Positions 41,621 to 53,282 of a stretch of DNA of 64,000 nt are shown piece by piece. Positions within the stretch are counted from its first letter, which is position 1. Each line of letters starts with the position of its first letter. The translations under genes were made by a program, and so were the position numbers. Source of the stretch: Octopus sinensis (Eukaryota). The stretch covers positions 15,438,001 through 15,502,000 of the forward strand of contig NC_043010.1 in the NCBI RefSeq assembly GCF_006345805.1, in the 5' to 3' direction. The notes under the pieces were generated by a model. The model saw only the letters and a program-made list of their open reading frames with translations. It searched no databases and had not been told where the DNA came from.

Positions 41621-41710
41621 CTTAAGCCCTACTACACTGGGAAACATCCTAACTGCCTAAAAGAAAGAAAGCATGACTAGAGTGACATGTCCAAAAATAT
41701 TATACGCAAT

Positions 41711-42437
41711 GTTCCATAATGCCCTCATAGTCTAGAGGGTTCCATAATGCCCTCATAGTCCAGAGGGTACCATAATACCCTCTTAGTCCAGAGGGTACCA
41801 CAATACCCTCTTAGTCCAGAGGGTACCACAATGCCCTCATAGTCCAGAGGGTTCCATAATGCCCTCATAGTCCAGAGGGTACCATAATGTCCTCATAGTC
41901 CAGAGGGTACCATAATGCCCTCATAGTCCAGAGGGTCCCATAATGCCCTCATAGTCCAGAGGGTACCATAATACCCTCTTAGTCCAGAGGGTACCACAAT
42001 GCCCTCATAGTCCAGAGGGTTCCATAATGCTCACATAGCCCAGAGAGTACCATAATGCCCTCATAGTCCAGAGGGTACCATAATGTCCTCATAGTCCAGA
42101 GGGTACCATAATGCCCTCTTAGTCCAGAGGGTACCATAATGCCCTCATAGTCCAGAGGGTCCCATAATGCTCTCATAGTGCAGTGGGTTCCACAATGTCC
42201 CCATAGCCCAGAGGGTACCATAATGCCCTCATAGTCCAGAGGGTTCCATAATGCCCTCATAGTCCAGAGGGTCCCATAATGCTCTCATAGTGCAGTGGGT
42301 CCACAATGTCCTCATAGCCCAGAGGGTACCATGATGCCCTCATAGTCCTGAGGGTTCCATAATGCCCTCATAGTACAGAGGGTCCCATAACGCCCTCATA
42401 GGCCAGTGGGTTCTATAATGCCCTTATAATCCAGTGG
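41711..42437. repeat. 28-bp minisatellite, 26 units (consensus gtaccataatgccctcatagtccagagg)
   Basis: Units counted directly. One unit is 27 bp. No spacers. Confidence 0.95.
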
Positions 42438-43645
42438 GACTAAGCATACTTCAATACAACAAATTATAGAATGAAAAAATGTAACAACAACCAAAGTACT
42501 TGGCAAAGTCACGTGCAACAGAATGGCACACTATCAAGGGAGGGTGGCAACACATCCTTAATAATTTAGATGTAAATAGCACTGAGGCTCAGATTCAATC
42601 CCTAAAAACACTTCACGGTTGAGCAGCTATTTATATTACAACTACAAGGTCTATGAGCTGTTGTCATGTGATAACATATTTGGTTCAGCTGGTGCAATCA
42701 AGAAGTTCACTCTGCAATTATGTAGTTAAAGGTTCCATCCCAAGATCTGAAATCCACCCCCTGCAGGGACAGGCACACTACTGCTTAGTATAAGTGAAAG
42801 GCACATTGAATAACGTAGTTGTCCTGTATACAGTTTAAAATAAGGGATTTGTCATGGGTCTGTCTACTGAATGAAGGATTGACCCGGGGTCAAACAATAA
42901 CGGCTATAAACAGTAGTTTACTTAGCTGTAAACAGCGAAGTCCACCCGAGCTGGGTCACCCGTCACTCATCAGAATTTGGCTGTCCGACAAAATAATGGG
43001 TTGATCAAACAAGAAACACACATGGGCAATATTTTTCGAGAAGCGGGCCGCATAGCACCGTGGTCCATCATCAAGTGGGCCAAAGGTTAAAACAGTTTTT
43101 CAGTTGGGTGTGCCATTCAGAGAGTCCCACGGGCCGCAGGTTTTCACCCTTAACTAGTGTCAGAGCACAGATTCCAATATGTTCTTTTCTTTAAAGATGG
43201 TCTCGAGTGAGAGTTTTAGCAAAACTTTTGGCTGCTATTTCTAATAGGTCAAGCGACCACATGCAGGCTCCTCCTTCCGTCACATAAGGAAACTTGCAGA
43301 ACGGGAGGAGGAGACAAAGATAACAAAGAACTTCTGGAATAATCACACACACACAGAGGACATAGGGGAGGGGAAAAAGATTTCAAGAGATAATTTCCTG
43401 CCACTGCTTTGCACCAACCAGCTGGTCTGCATGATGAGGTAAGTTAGCAGATGCAAATAGGAGCGACAGGTTCTGCCCTTTTTTTTTTTGTTTTTTCTCT
43501 GTCGCTAAGGCTTCGTCAATCCAATTCCCCACCCCTTACCAAAACACGAACATTATTACATCGCTCCACGCAAATTACATTAAAAGCGATGGAAACGAAG
43601 GTGGTGGGGGGCTGGGGGCTAGAGAAGGGACGAAATTCAACTCAC

Positions 43646-43702
43646 CTGTCGTCACTTTTACCCGTTCGGTGTTTAATCCGCAGTTACTGACTGGTAAGGA
43701 CT
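43646..43702 (-). CDS. SMAD6/7: SMAD6/7 exon 2 (linker), 57 nt: (E)SLPVSNCGLNTERVKVTT(D)
   Basis: Strong polypyrimidine acceptor tctttttttcttcttcttattgcag and donor CAG|gtgagt. Phase 1/1, open and in frame with exon 3. It starts with a split E codon followed by S, as in vertebrate SMAD6/7 exon 2 (ES-PPPPY..., ~54 nt). Confidence 0.78.
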
Positions 43703-44844
43703 CTGCAATAAGAAGAAGAAAAAAAGAGATGTAGATGTAGGAGAGATGCAGTTAGATGGGATACAGACAGAAAGACGGATAAGGTAATAATAAATTAGAC
43801 AAGCAACTATACATATATATATATATATCTATTTCTTTACTACCCACAAGGGGCTAAACACAGAGGGGACAAACAAGGACAGACGAAGGGATTAAGTCGA
43901 TTACATCGACCCCAGTGCGTAACTGGTACTTAATTTATCGACCCCGAAAGGATGAAAGGCAAAGTCGATCTCGGCGGAATTTGAACTCGGAACGTAACGA
44001 CAGACGAAATACGACTACGCAGGTCGCCCGGCGTGCTAACGTTTCTGCCAGCTCACCGCCCTATACATATATATATCGCGCATTCACATACTAATGTGCG
44101 TGTTTGTGTCTGTGTGGAGAGAGAGAGAGAGAGAGAGAATGAGTGCAAAAGAAGAGGAATTATTTTCGTTTAGTGTCGTTATGAATGAAGTCGGATCAAT
44201 TTACGGCAGTGGCGACGCACGGCTCGTGATTTAAAAAAAGACCGATTTTAATTCCCAATGAAAACAAAACAAAATAACAAACAAAAAATCGTGAGAGGCA
44301 GCAAATAATATGAGGCCGAAAGAAAGAAAGAATGCCATTGGTTAAAATTCGAATTATTAAACAACGTTAAACTTAGAAATTACAATTCCGTTTTCATTTT
44401 GGTTTACAATTATGTTTTCTTTTGACACATTCTACCAGTATACGAAGTTTCAAATTGTTTAGTTAACTAGGAAAATCTGGCCTTCAAACTGAAAAGATCC
44501 CAAAGAACTTCTGGAATAATCACACACACACACTAGTAGGGTAAGTGGGGGAGGCTCACTAGAAATAGCAACTAAATCTTCAACTCATTTTACTGTTTTA
44601 CAAGATTAAAGGAATTGAATAATGTAGTTCTGGATGCACCATAGCTGGGAAAAGATGGGATTATCTCAACTAGACTGATGGGATTATCTCAACTGGACTA
44701 AGTTTGGCTTTCTCAGGACGGATGTAGGGTTAAGCAGTAACAGTGTCAAACGTATACAACCAAACAGTTGAGCACAAGAGGAACTGTGGTAAAAGGTCTA
44801 GGTAAACCAAACCTACAATGTAGGTTCGACTTCCATCCATCCAT

Positions 44845-44882
<38 letters not shown>

Positions 44883-45101
44883 CGATGCAAACAGGAAAGC
44901 AGAACTTAAACACGTGAATATATATATTTTTTATTATTCACAGGAGTGGCTGTGTGGTAAGTAGCTTGCTAACTAACCACATGGTTCCGGGTTCAGTCCC
45001 ACTGCGTGGCATCTTGGGCAAGTGTCTTCTGCTATAGCCCTGGGCCGACCAATGCCTTGTGAGTGGATTTGGTAGACGGAAACTGAAAGAAGTCTGTCGT
45101 A

Positions 45102-45150
<49 letters not shown>

Positions 45151-45432
45151 GTGTGTTTGTGTGTCTGTGTTTGCTTGACAACCGGTGTGTTTACGTCCCT
45201 GTCACTTGGCGGTTCGGCAAAAAGAGACCGACAGAATAAGTACTGGGCTTACAAAAAGAGTAAGTCCCGGGGTCGAGTTGCTCGACTAAAGGCGGTGCTC
45301 CAGCATGGCCACAGTCAAATGACTGAAACAAGTAAAAGAGTAAAAGAGTAATCGGCAGAAGTTACAGAAAGACTTCTGGGCCCAGAGTTAACGTGCATTG
45401 GTATCTATCCACACACATCATACAACATACAA

Positions 45433-45467
<35 letters not shown>

Positions 45468-45959
45468 TCATAAATATGCTTACACACAATTACAAACGCA
45501 CATCGAAAGAGAGGAAAGTTATGAAAGACGAAGTATGATGAAGAGAATAAGTGTTTCCTCTCCATGCCCCTCTCTCCTCCTCATCAAATCTGGAGTGACA
45601 ACATAAAGGAGAAGGGGGGGGAGATTTAAATTAAAAACAAGACGGGAGTGAATAAAGAGAGAGAGGGAGGGAGGGAGAGATAAGAGGGATAGAAAGGAAG
45701 AAGAGAGCTTAGGAACTGGGACCAGAAAAAGAGAAAATTAAAATAAAGACGGGATAGTAAGAATGTTGGGTAAATTATTGAGAGAGAGAGAAATGAAAGA
45801 GAAATGAAGGAGAGGATGAGGAGGAGTTGAAGTAGAAAGAAAGAAAGTGTTCAATAAAAAAAGGAGGTGAATAGATAGAGAGAGTAAGTGAGATATAAAC
45901 GGAGAAAGGAAGGAGTAGACAGATAGATAGGAAGGAGAGAAGAAGTAGTAGAGAGAGAT

Positions 45960-46330
45960 AAACGGAAGGGACACAGAAAGTGAGTAACAAATAGAGAGAG
46001 AGAGGAAGGAAAGAGCGAGTGGGAGATATAAAGAGAAAAGAGAGAGAGAGTAGAGCGACAGAAAAAACCGAGAGAGTGAGTAGCAAATAGAGAGAGAGAG
46101 AGAGAGAGGAAGGAAAGAGCGAGTGGAGATATAAAGAGAAAAGAGAGAGAGTAGAGCGACAGAAAAAACCGAGAGAGTGAGTAGCAAATAGAGAGAGAGG
46201 AAGGAAAGAGCGAGTGGAGATATAAAGAGAAAAGAGAGAGAGTAGAGTGACAGAAAAAACGGAGAGAGTGAGTAGCAAATAGAGAGAGAGAGAGGAAGGA
46301 AAGAGCGAGTGAGTAGCAAATAGAGAGAGA
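45960..46330. repeat. GA-rich ~90-100-bp tandem repeat (~3.5 copies) inside a long purine tract
   Basis: gaaggaaagagcgagtg recurs at about 46006, 46109, 46200 and 46294. Confidence 0.8.
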
Positions 46331-46645
46331 GAGAGTGTGGAAGGGGAGTAATGAGGAGAGAGAGATACAAAAGATAGATAGAAAGGACGGAGTGAGTGAG
46401 TAAGAAATAGAGAGAGAAAGAGAGAGAGATAGAAAAGGGAGGAGGGAGAGGAGAGCTATAGAAGTAATTAGTGAAAGCTGATAAACATTTGTTAGGTGAA
46501 GGAATGGCGCCATATAGCAATTTGGGTGTCTGAACTGACTGGGAGAGCGAGGGTTAGAGGGGCAGCAGGGTATATATACACATATATATATATACATACG
46601 CATATACGTGATGTGCGTGCGTTTGTGTATATGTAAGTGTGAGCA

Positions 46646-46696
<51 letters not shown>

Positions 46697-48076
46697 ATAT
46701 GTGTGTGTCTTGTCCTCTTTAGTCTCCAGTTTTATTTGTGGGGTTTGCGGTTTGTCGTCTGGATGCTGTGTGAATGTGTGCGTGTGTATGTGTACAACCA
46801 TTTATCTATGGAGTACGTGTATGTTTATAAGTTTGCGACCCAGTGTGTACGTGTACGTGTGTGTTACCATATAGTCTTCTAGGTAGCTTAATGTATGTAT
46901 CCACGCCGGCCTTTTTGTTGTTGTTGTAACTGCATTGCCTATATGATGACGATGATGATGACGATGATCTATGTATGTGAGTGTGTGTTTATATATATTC
47001 TTGTGGTATTTTTGTGTAATGCTGTGTATGTGTGCGTACATTTAACCAAGTATTTATCTGTGGGTGTACAACATACAAACTATGTATATGTGAGTCTGTT
47101 TATACTTTGGTTTGTCATTGTGATGCTGTGTGTTGTATGCATATATTGTACATATTTTGTGCGAGATGCTATACATTGTGATTGTATTCACATGAATCTG
47201 TGGCTTGTTTTGCTATCCCGATAATGTGTGCACGTATATATTTTATATATATATATCTGTGTGTGAGTATTATACGCAAATACAATTTATGAACGTCAAT
47301 GCTTAGCGGAGAAACTGTATATACGAATATGCGTTGTAAGAGGCTGTGTTAACACACCCTGTATTCTTTATAGTGTCTGCTTGCATGCGTAGTCTCATAA
47401 CCAACATCGTCGTTTTAACGTCCGTTTTTCCACGTTTGTACGAATCAGATTTTTTTTTTCTGAGGCAGATCTTCTATGGCCGGATGCCCTTCCTATCTCG
47501 CTTTATCTCTCACCTGTTTTCCAGCTAAGGTAACATTTTTTTCATTAGAGGTCGTCAGCCTTGAAACGGACACCGCTTGTTGGACGGTGACGCTCGTTCA
47601 CAACGATCTGGCGAAAGTCAAGACCAAGAACTTCCTCTCTCTCTCTCTCACACACACACGCGATAAACTTCTTTCAATTTCGGCGCACCAAATCCACTTC
47701 CTAGTCCTTGGCTGGCGCGAAACCGTAGAAGGCTTTTCCACAAGGTACCACGCGATGGCATTGAACCCGAAACCACGGGTTCAAAGCGAAATTCTCACCA
47801 CACAACCATGCATGTGCAACGAATGTGTTTTGCGAGTATACATGTTTCTGATCTCACTCGTGCATTGTTCATTATACATGCATGTGTCAATGTGTGTGTA
47901 TATATTGATTGATTGATTGATTCTAGTTTCAGCTTGAGCTGTGGCCATGCTGGGGCACCGCCAAATACGTTATTCATAGTGTATGTTGAATGTATGTGTC
48001 CCCACCAGTCCCTTCAAAATTTTAGGCTCAGTGCCTATAGTAGAAACGGTTATATTACTATTAATATTACTTAATA

Positions 48077-48370
48077 GGGAGGCGCAATGGCCCAGTGGTT
48101 AGGGCAGCGGATTCGCGGTCGTAGGATCGCGGTTTCGATTGTGAGTGTTTATTGAGCGAAAACACCTAAAGCTCCACAAGGCTCCGGCAGGAGGTGGTGG
48201 CGATCCCTGCTGTACTCTTTCGCCACAACTTTCTCTCACTCTTTCTTCTGTTGGCCTGCCTGCTCGCTTAGCCAGCGGGGTGGCGTTATTTGAAAGCTAA
48301 AAAGCAATGCGAAGCGCATTGTGACCAGCTATGTGTAACAACATCTGATAGCCTGGTCGGTCACGGTGAT
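48077..48370 (+). mobile_element. SINE with a tRNA-Arg(TCG)-like head
   Basis: ggcgcaatggcccagtggttagggcagcggattcgcggtcgtaggatcgcggtttcgatt head. Its 3' part recurs inverted at about 25735-25835. Confidence 0.6.
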
Positions 48371-48748
48371 TATTTAATAGACCTCCCATCTCAAGAAAAT
48401 CAATGTCTTTGGGTCAATGTTAAACATCGACATTTTACTGGCACCACAGTTTTACTGCCACTATCACATTCCTGGTAGGTACCACTATCTTTTTATTGAC
48501 AACTCGTCCAGTTTCCATCCTACTTCACGAAACGAGAGTTAGTTGTTGTCTGCCGAGAATATTAACCATTTTGATACCAACTCGTCTGAAATCACCCGTT
48601 TCCGTGGTACAAACGCCCCGTTTCAAAATTTCTTTCAATATAATCTGTCATCAAAATTTCATGTTAATCTACGTTCCAAAAACCAGCTTAATAACGAAAA
48701 AGTTATTCCAATAAATTCCTCGTTATTTTCATAATTAATTAGACCAAG

Positions 48749-49162
48749 GGATCTTATTTTCGGTTCGAACGGCAGTTTTTTAACATAATTTCTAAGTAAC
48801 TAAAAAATTTTAAACTTCTTATACTGGTAGAATGTGTTTATAAAACATCTTTTTCTCTTGGTTTTCTTGAGAAAATTCTATGGTTTGTAAGATATTTGTT
48901 GTTTTTTCTTCAATTTCTGCAATTTCAACCAACCAATGACATGTATTGAGGTAAAAAAAACATTCTGTACCGTATGAATATGTCTCTCTTTTAAGAAACA
49001 GATTATTTACATTTGTGAAGAAAAAAAAGATACCCTTCCCCCCACCCGTAACCCTAAAACAGATTGAAATGCAATAGATCGATACTAGGGTCATAATTAT
49101 GGGTGACAATTTCATATGACACCGCTAGAAAAAAAAAACTGCCGTTCAAACCGAAAAGATCC
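48749..49162. mobile_element. ~410-bp GGATC-TIR MITE, 8-bp TSD with one mismatch
   Basis: agaccaag (48741-48748) and ggaccaag (49163-49170). Confidence 0.88.
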
Positions 49163-50723
49163 GGACCAAGTAATTCCAGCAGAAATATGGCGAGAAAGGG
49201 GATCAAATGTAGACTTTGCAAGCGACAGGTGCAAGCTACTACTATGATCAAAGGAGCCCACCTCAAATGTGTCCTACCTCTTTCGTTTCAAGACAATGAG
49301 CATCAGATTCGCAGAAGAGCTGGCAACAACCTCCACGAGCGACCACATCAAAGCAGTCGGTCTTGTTGGCTCTACGAAGTATTCATGCTTCCAAGATCCA
49401 ATGTACATAGATACATACATACACACACACACATATATATATATATATTATACATACTATTTTACTTGTTTCAGTCATTTGACTGTGGCCATGCTGGAAC
49501 ACCGCCTTTAGTCGAGCAAATCGACACCCCAGGACTTATTCTTTGTAAGCCTTAGTACTTATTCTATCGGTCGCTTTTGCCGAACTGCTAAGTTACGGAG
49601 ACGTAAACACACCAGCATCGGTTGTCAAGCGATGTTGGGGGGACAAACACAGACACAAACATACATACACACACACACACACATATATATATTTACATAT
49701 ATACGACGGGCTTCTTTCAGTTTCCGTCTACTAAATCCACTCACAAGGCTTTGGTTGGCCTGAGGCTATAGCAGAAGACACTTGCCCAAGGTGCCACGCA
49801 GTGGGACTGAACCCAGGACCATGTGTATAATATATGTGTATAATATGTGTGTATATATTATACACACATGATATATACACATACCGATGCGTGTGTATAA
49901 ATGTGTGTTTATGTGTTATGTCTTCCTTTCCAAGTCAGTCTTCAGAAATTATAAGGACAAACACACACACACACACGGTGTGTGCGTGTGTCTCTGTGTG
50001 TGCACTTGTGTGTCAAAGGGCGGGGGTGGGTGGGCAACCAGACCAAATAACATTGCTATTTAGCAACCCATACCAGTAGAAAAACCCCCCTACTACCATC
50101 CCCGCCAAGCCCCACAAACCACCGCCATTATCACTTCCTGTCCAAGTTTAGTCATGTTGACTTCATATAAACAACCGCAAGAAGTGGAGGAGGCCATGGG
50201 TGGGTGGGGAGGGCTGCAGCGGTAAAGGCGAAGGGACGGGTGGGTGGGTGAGGAGGGTACGACGAGTCCAGGTACGACAGCGGTGGTTACCACGACGACC
50301 ACGACCATCACGACACACACAAGCTTTATTGTCGGGAGTTTGTGAGAGCGAATCTGTCATCCAGTTTAGCGCCATCACTTAGACCCTGCTTGCTTTAATG
50401 GAATCCCCCCCCCCCCACTCAATTTGTAAAGCAGACTTAGCTAACGCTGACTAAGACCTCTGATCTGAGGGTTAGTTTTCCCTTTACTTCCTTATCAGTC
50501 AAAGCCCTTCTAAAAAGTATCACGGGCGCCGCTTTTCTTAATTTGAAGAAAAAAAATAAAATTAAATTAAATAAAAAAGCAAACAATAAAGACGATCTTT
50601 TAATTAAAGTAGCATTTAACATCAAGCATAATGAATCACTTGCACCATGGGCAAACGAGCTAATGAGGAAAAGTCTTTAAACAATCGCTTGATCTGGTAG
50701 AAATAGCAGCCAAAACAATATCA

Positions 50724-51126
50724 GGATCTTTTCGGTTTGAACGGCAGTTTTTAACATAATTTCTAGCTAACTAGAAAATTTTAAACTTCGTATACTGGTA
50801 GAACGTGTTTATAAAACATCTTTTTCTCTTGGCTTTATTGAGAAAATTCTATGGTTTGTAAGATATTTGTTGTTTTTTTTTTCTTCAATTTCTGCAATTT
50901 CAATCAATGACGTCTAATGAGGTAAAAAAAACATTCTGTGCCATATGAATATGTCCCTCGTTTAAGAAACAGATTGGGTTTATTTACATTTGTGAAGAAA
51001 AAAGATACCCTTCCCCTAACCCTAAAACAGATTGAAATGCAATAGATCGATTCTAGGGTCATAATTATGGGTGACAATTTCATATGACACCGCTAGAAAA
51101 AACTGCCGGTCAAACCGAAAAGATCC
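50724..51126. mobile_element. ~403-bp GGATC-TIR MITE
   Basis: Both TIRs intact. TSD not clearly preserved. Confidence 0.85.
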
Positions 51127-51569
51127 GAAAATGAGCCAATGAGGGCACATTGATGCAGACACAGTCTACTAAAAATACTAACAAAAATCCCTGAAATCAC
51201 AAGGATATATTGGACAAGAGGGTAGTCTTCAATATACAAACAAACAGGAGGTAGTGGTCACTGGCGGAAAGCCTTTGATCACGGGACTACTTAATCTGAG
51301 ATGACCTGGGACTAGCTAAACAACAACAACACAATATGCTAATCTTCATGTTCTTGCATTGGCTGCACCAAAGTCACCAATAACGGTGACTGGTGGTGGT
51401 GGTGGTGGTGGGGGGTTGAATGTCTTGTCTTGAAGCAAAATACTTAGCCAAACGTTTATACTAGCGCTGGATTAACCATTAAGCAAAATAAGCACATGCT
51501 TAGGGCATCGAGGGAAGAAGGGGGCACCACAGAAATGGTAAATGGTCTACGGCACAAAAGAAATCACTT

Positions 51570-51690
51570 TAAACTTGCTAAAATAATATTCAGGATGCCT
51601 TTGTCTCTACTAAGTATAGATGCAGATGTGTTACCTAAGACTAATTTTGAGGATCTGACCAAAGACTTTGCAATTCAAAATGTAGGGGGA
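51570..51690 (+). mobile_element. hAT transposase C-terminal dimerisation-domain remnant
   Basis: LSLLSIDADVLPKTNFEDLTKDFAIQ resembles the hATC pattern L.LLSI..D......F.DI...FA. Confidence 0.55.
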
Positions 51691-51844
51691 CACTTTTCAA
51701 GTGGAAGTATACAAAAATAAACCTTATTTTCCTTGTTTTGTTTCATTTTGTAAAATAAAAATTTATTTTATGGTTTGTTATTGTTTATATATTGAATTAC
51801 ATAATCTTTTATGGGGGGGGCACCAAAATCTTTTAAGTGTTTAA

Positions 51845-52060
51845 CTCTTTTGTTACCATATTCATTTTGAGATGCTCTGTTCCTTCCAATTACTTTAAAT
51901 ATAACAAACAATTCAGTAATTATAATTTAGTTATCATTAAGCTAGTGTTAGGAACATAAATTGTGACTAAGGTCTGGTGGAAGATTTTAATTCAAAAGTT
52001 TTGATAACAAGACATTTGTACTACAGAACCAGAACTGGTTTCAGCCAGGTTGGTAAAGGG
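51845..52060. mobile_element. piggyBac-like MITE (TTAA flanks)
   Basis: ttaa|ctcttt ... aaaggg|ttaa. Confidence 0.55.
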
Positions 52061-53282
52061 TTAAGGCCATGATGGGTCATAACCTGGCCCTACCCATAGG
52101 TAAAGTGCAAATAAAATTATGTATATGGTATTGTTATGAACAGAAGAGACGAACCACTTTGGGCTGAATTCCTCCCTCATCAGAGCAGCTAGAAATAGTA
52201 GTTAAAATACCCTTGAAAATTGCATTAGATTCTATCACCTTTTAGGTATTCCTGAAGAAAAAGATGGGACAGTCACAACTGGAATGGCTTTATTATAGGT
52301 ATGCTCAACAGCGAAGACCAATGCTTGTAAACAGATGAAAATATTAGAAGCGGGCAAGCTATATATGCGTTAAAGTAGTTGTGACAGTGGTGTGTCTGTG
52401 TGTGTGTGGGGGGGGGGGGGGCACATACATACACACACACACACTACAAAAGGATGTTTATATATTAAAGAGAGAGGGGTATATGTGCAAATAAGTGTGT
52501 GTGTATATAAAATATAGTGGCATCATATATACACATTGATACACACACATACAGACAGACACACACACACACACACATATATAATGTAATGGCGGTGCCC
52601 CAGTATGGCCACAGCTCGTGAGCTGAAACTAGATAAAAAAAATATATATATATACATACACACATATACATACACATATACATGCATACACACACATATA
52701 TATACATACATATACACATATACATCAGAAAAGTGGGTCATTGATGTGTGTGTGTATATAACCTAGGAGAGGAAGAAGGACCCTTGAATAGAGAGCAATT
52801 ATAGAGTAGTGTGTGGTTGAGGAATAAGGTGGGTGGTGGGATGAGTAGGGATAGAATAATAGTGGGAGAGATTAAGAGATATGGAAGGGTGGGGGTGAGG
52901 GGGAGAGTAGGCTGTGGAAAACAATTAAGGGAGATTATAAAGACAGCTGTCTTAATCAGTGAGAGTAATTAATTGATGGTGATAGTGTTGCAGTTGTTGT
53001 GAATGGTGGAGGTGGTGGTGGTGGTGGTGGTGGTGCTTATAATGGTAGCTGTGGTTTTTGGTGGTGATAGTGGTGGTATCAACAATGATTGAGGAGGAGG
53101 TGGTGGTGGTGGTGGTGGAAATGTTAATGGTTAGTAATGATGTGATTAAGACCATGCAGGTGGTTATGTTGGCGATGGTGCAAGGGTGATGGTTTAGGTG
53201 GTGGGTGGGTGGGTGGGTGAGTGGCAGTGGTCGGTCTGGGTGGTGTTGTAACAACAGCATTGAAGTAAGAATGCAATGGAAT

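Noticed and set aside
41711-42437. CRISPR-like array (28-bp hairpin repeats)
   Set aside because: There are no unique spacers or cas genes and the context is eukaryotic. It is a minisatellite.
46501-46535. TGGCGCCA as a BMP response element
   Set aside because: The nearest GTCTG is not at the 5-nt spacing of the canonical GGCGCC-N5-GTCT element. No exact match was found by eye in the window.
49103-49555. 150-aa ORF containing KCRLCK
   Set aside because: It starts in a MITE, ends in a microsatellite/SINE, and has no recognisable domain or splice context.
52145-52195. CTGATGA-GGG...CCC hammerhead-like motif (minus strand)
   Set aside because: GAAA is absent (CAAA) and stems I and III do not pair.
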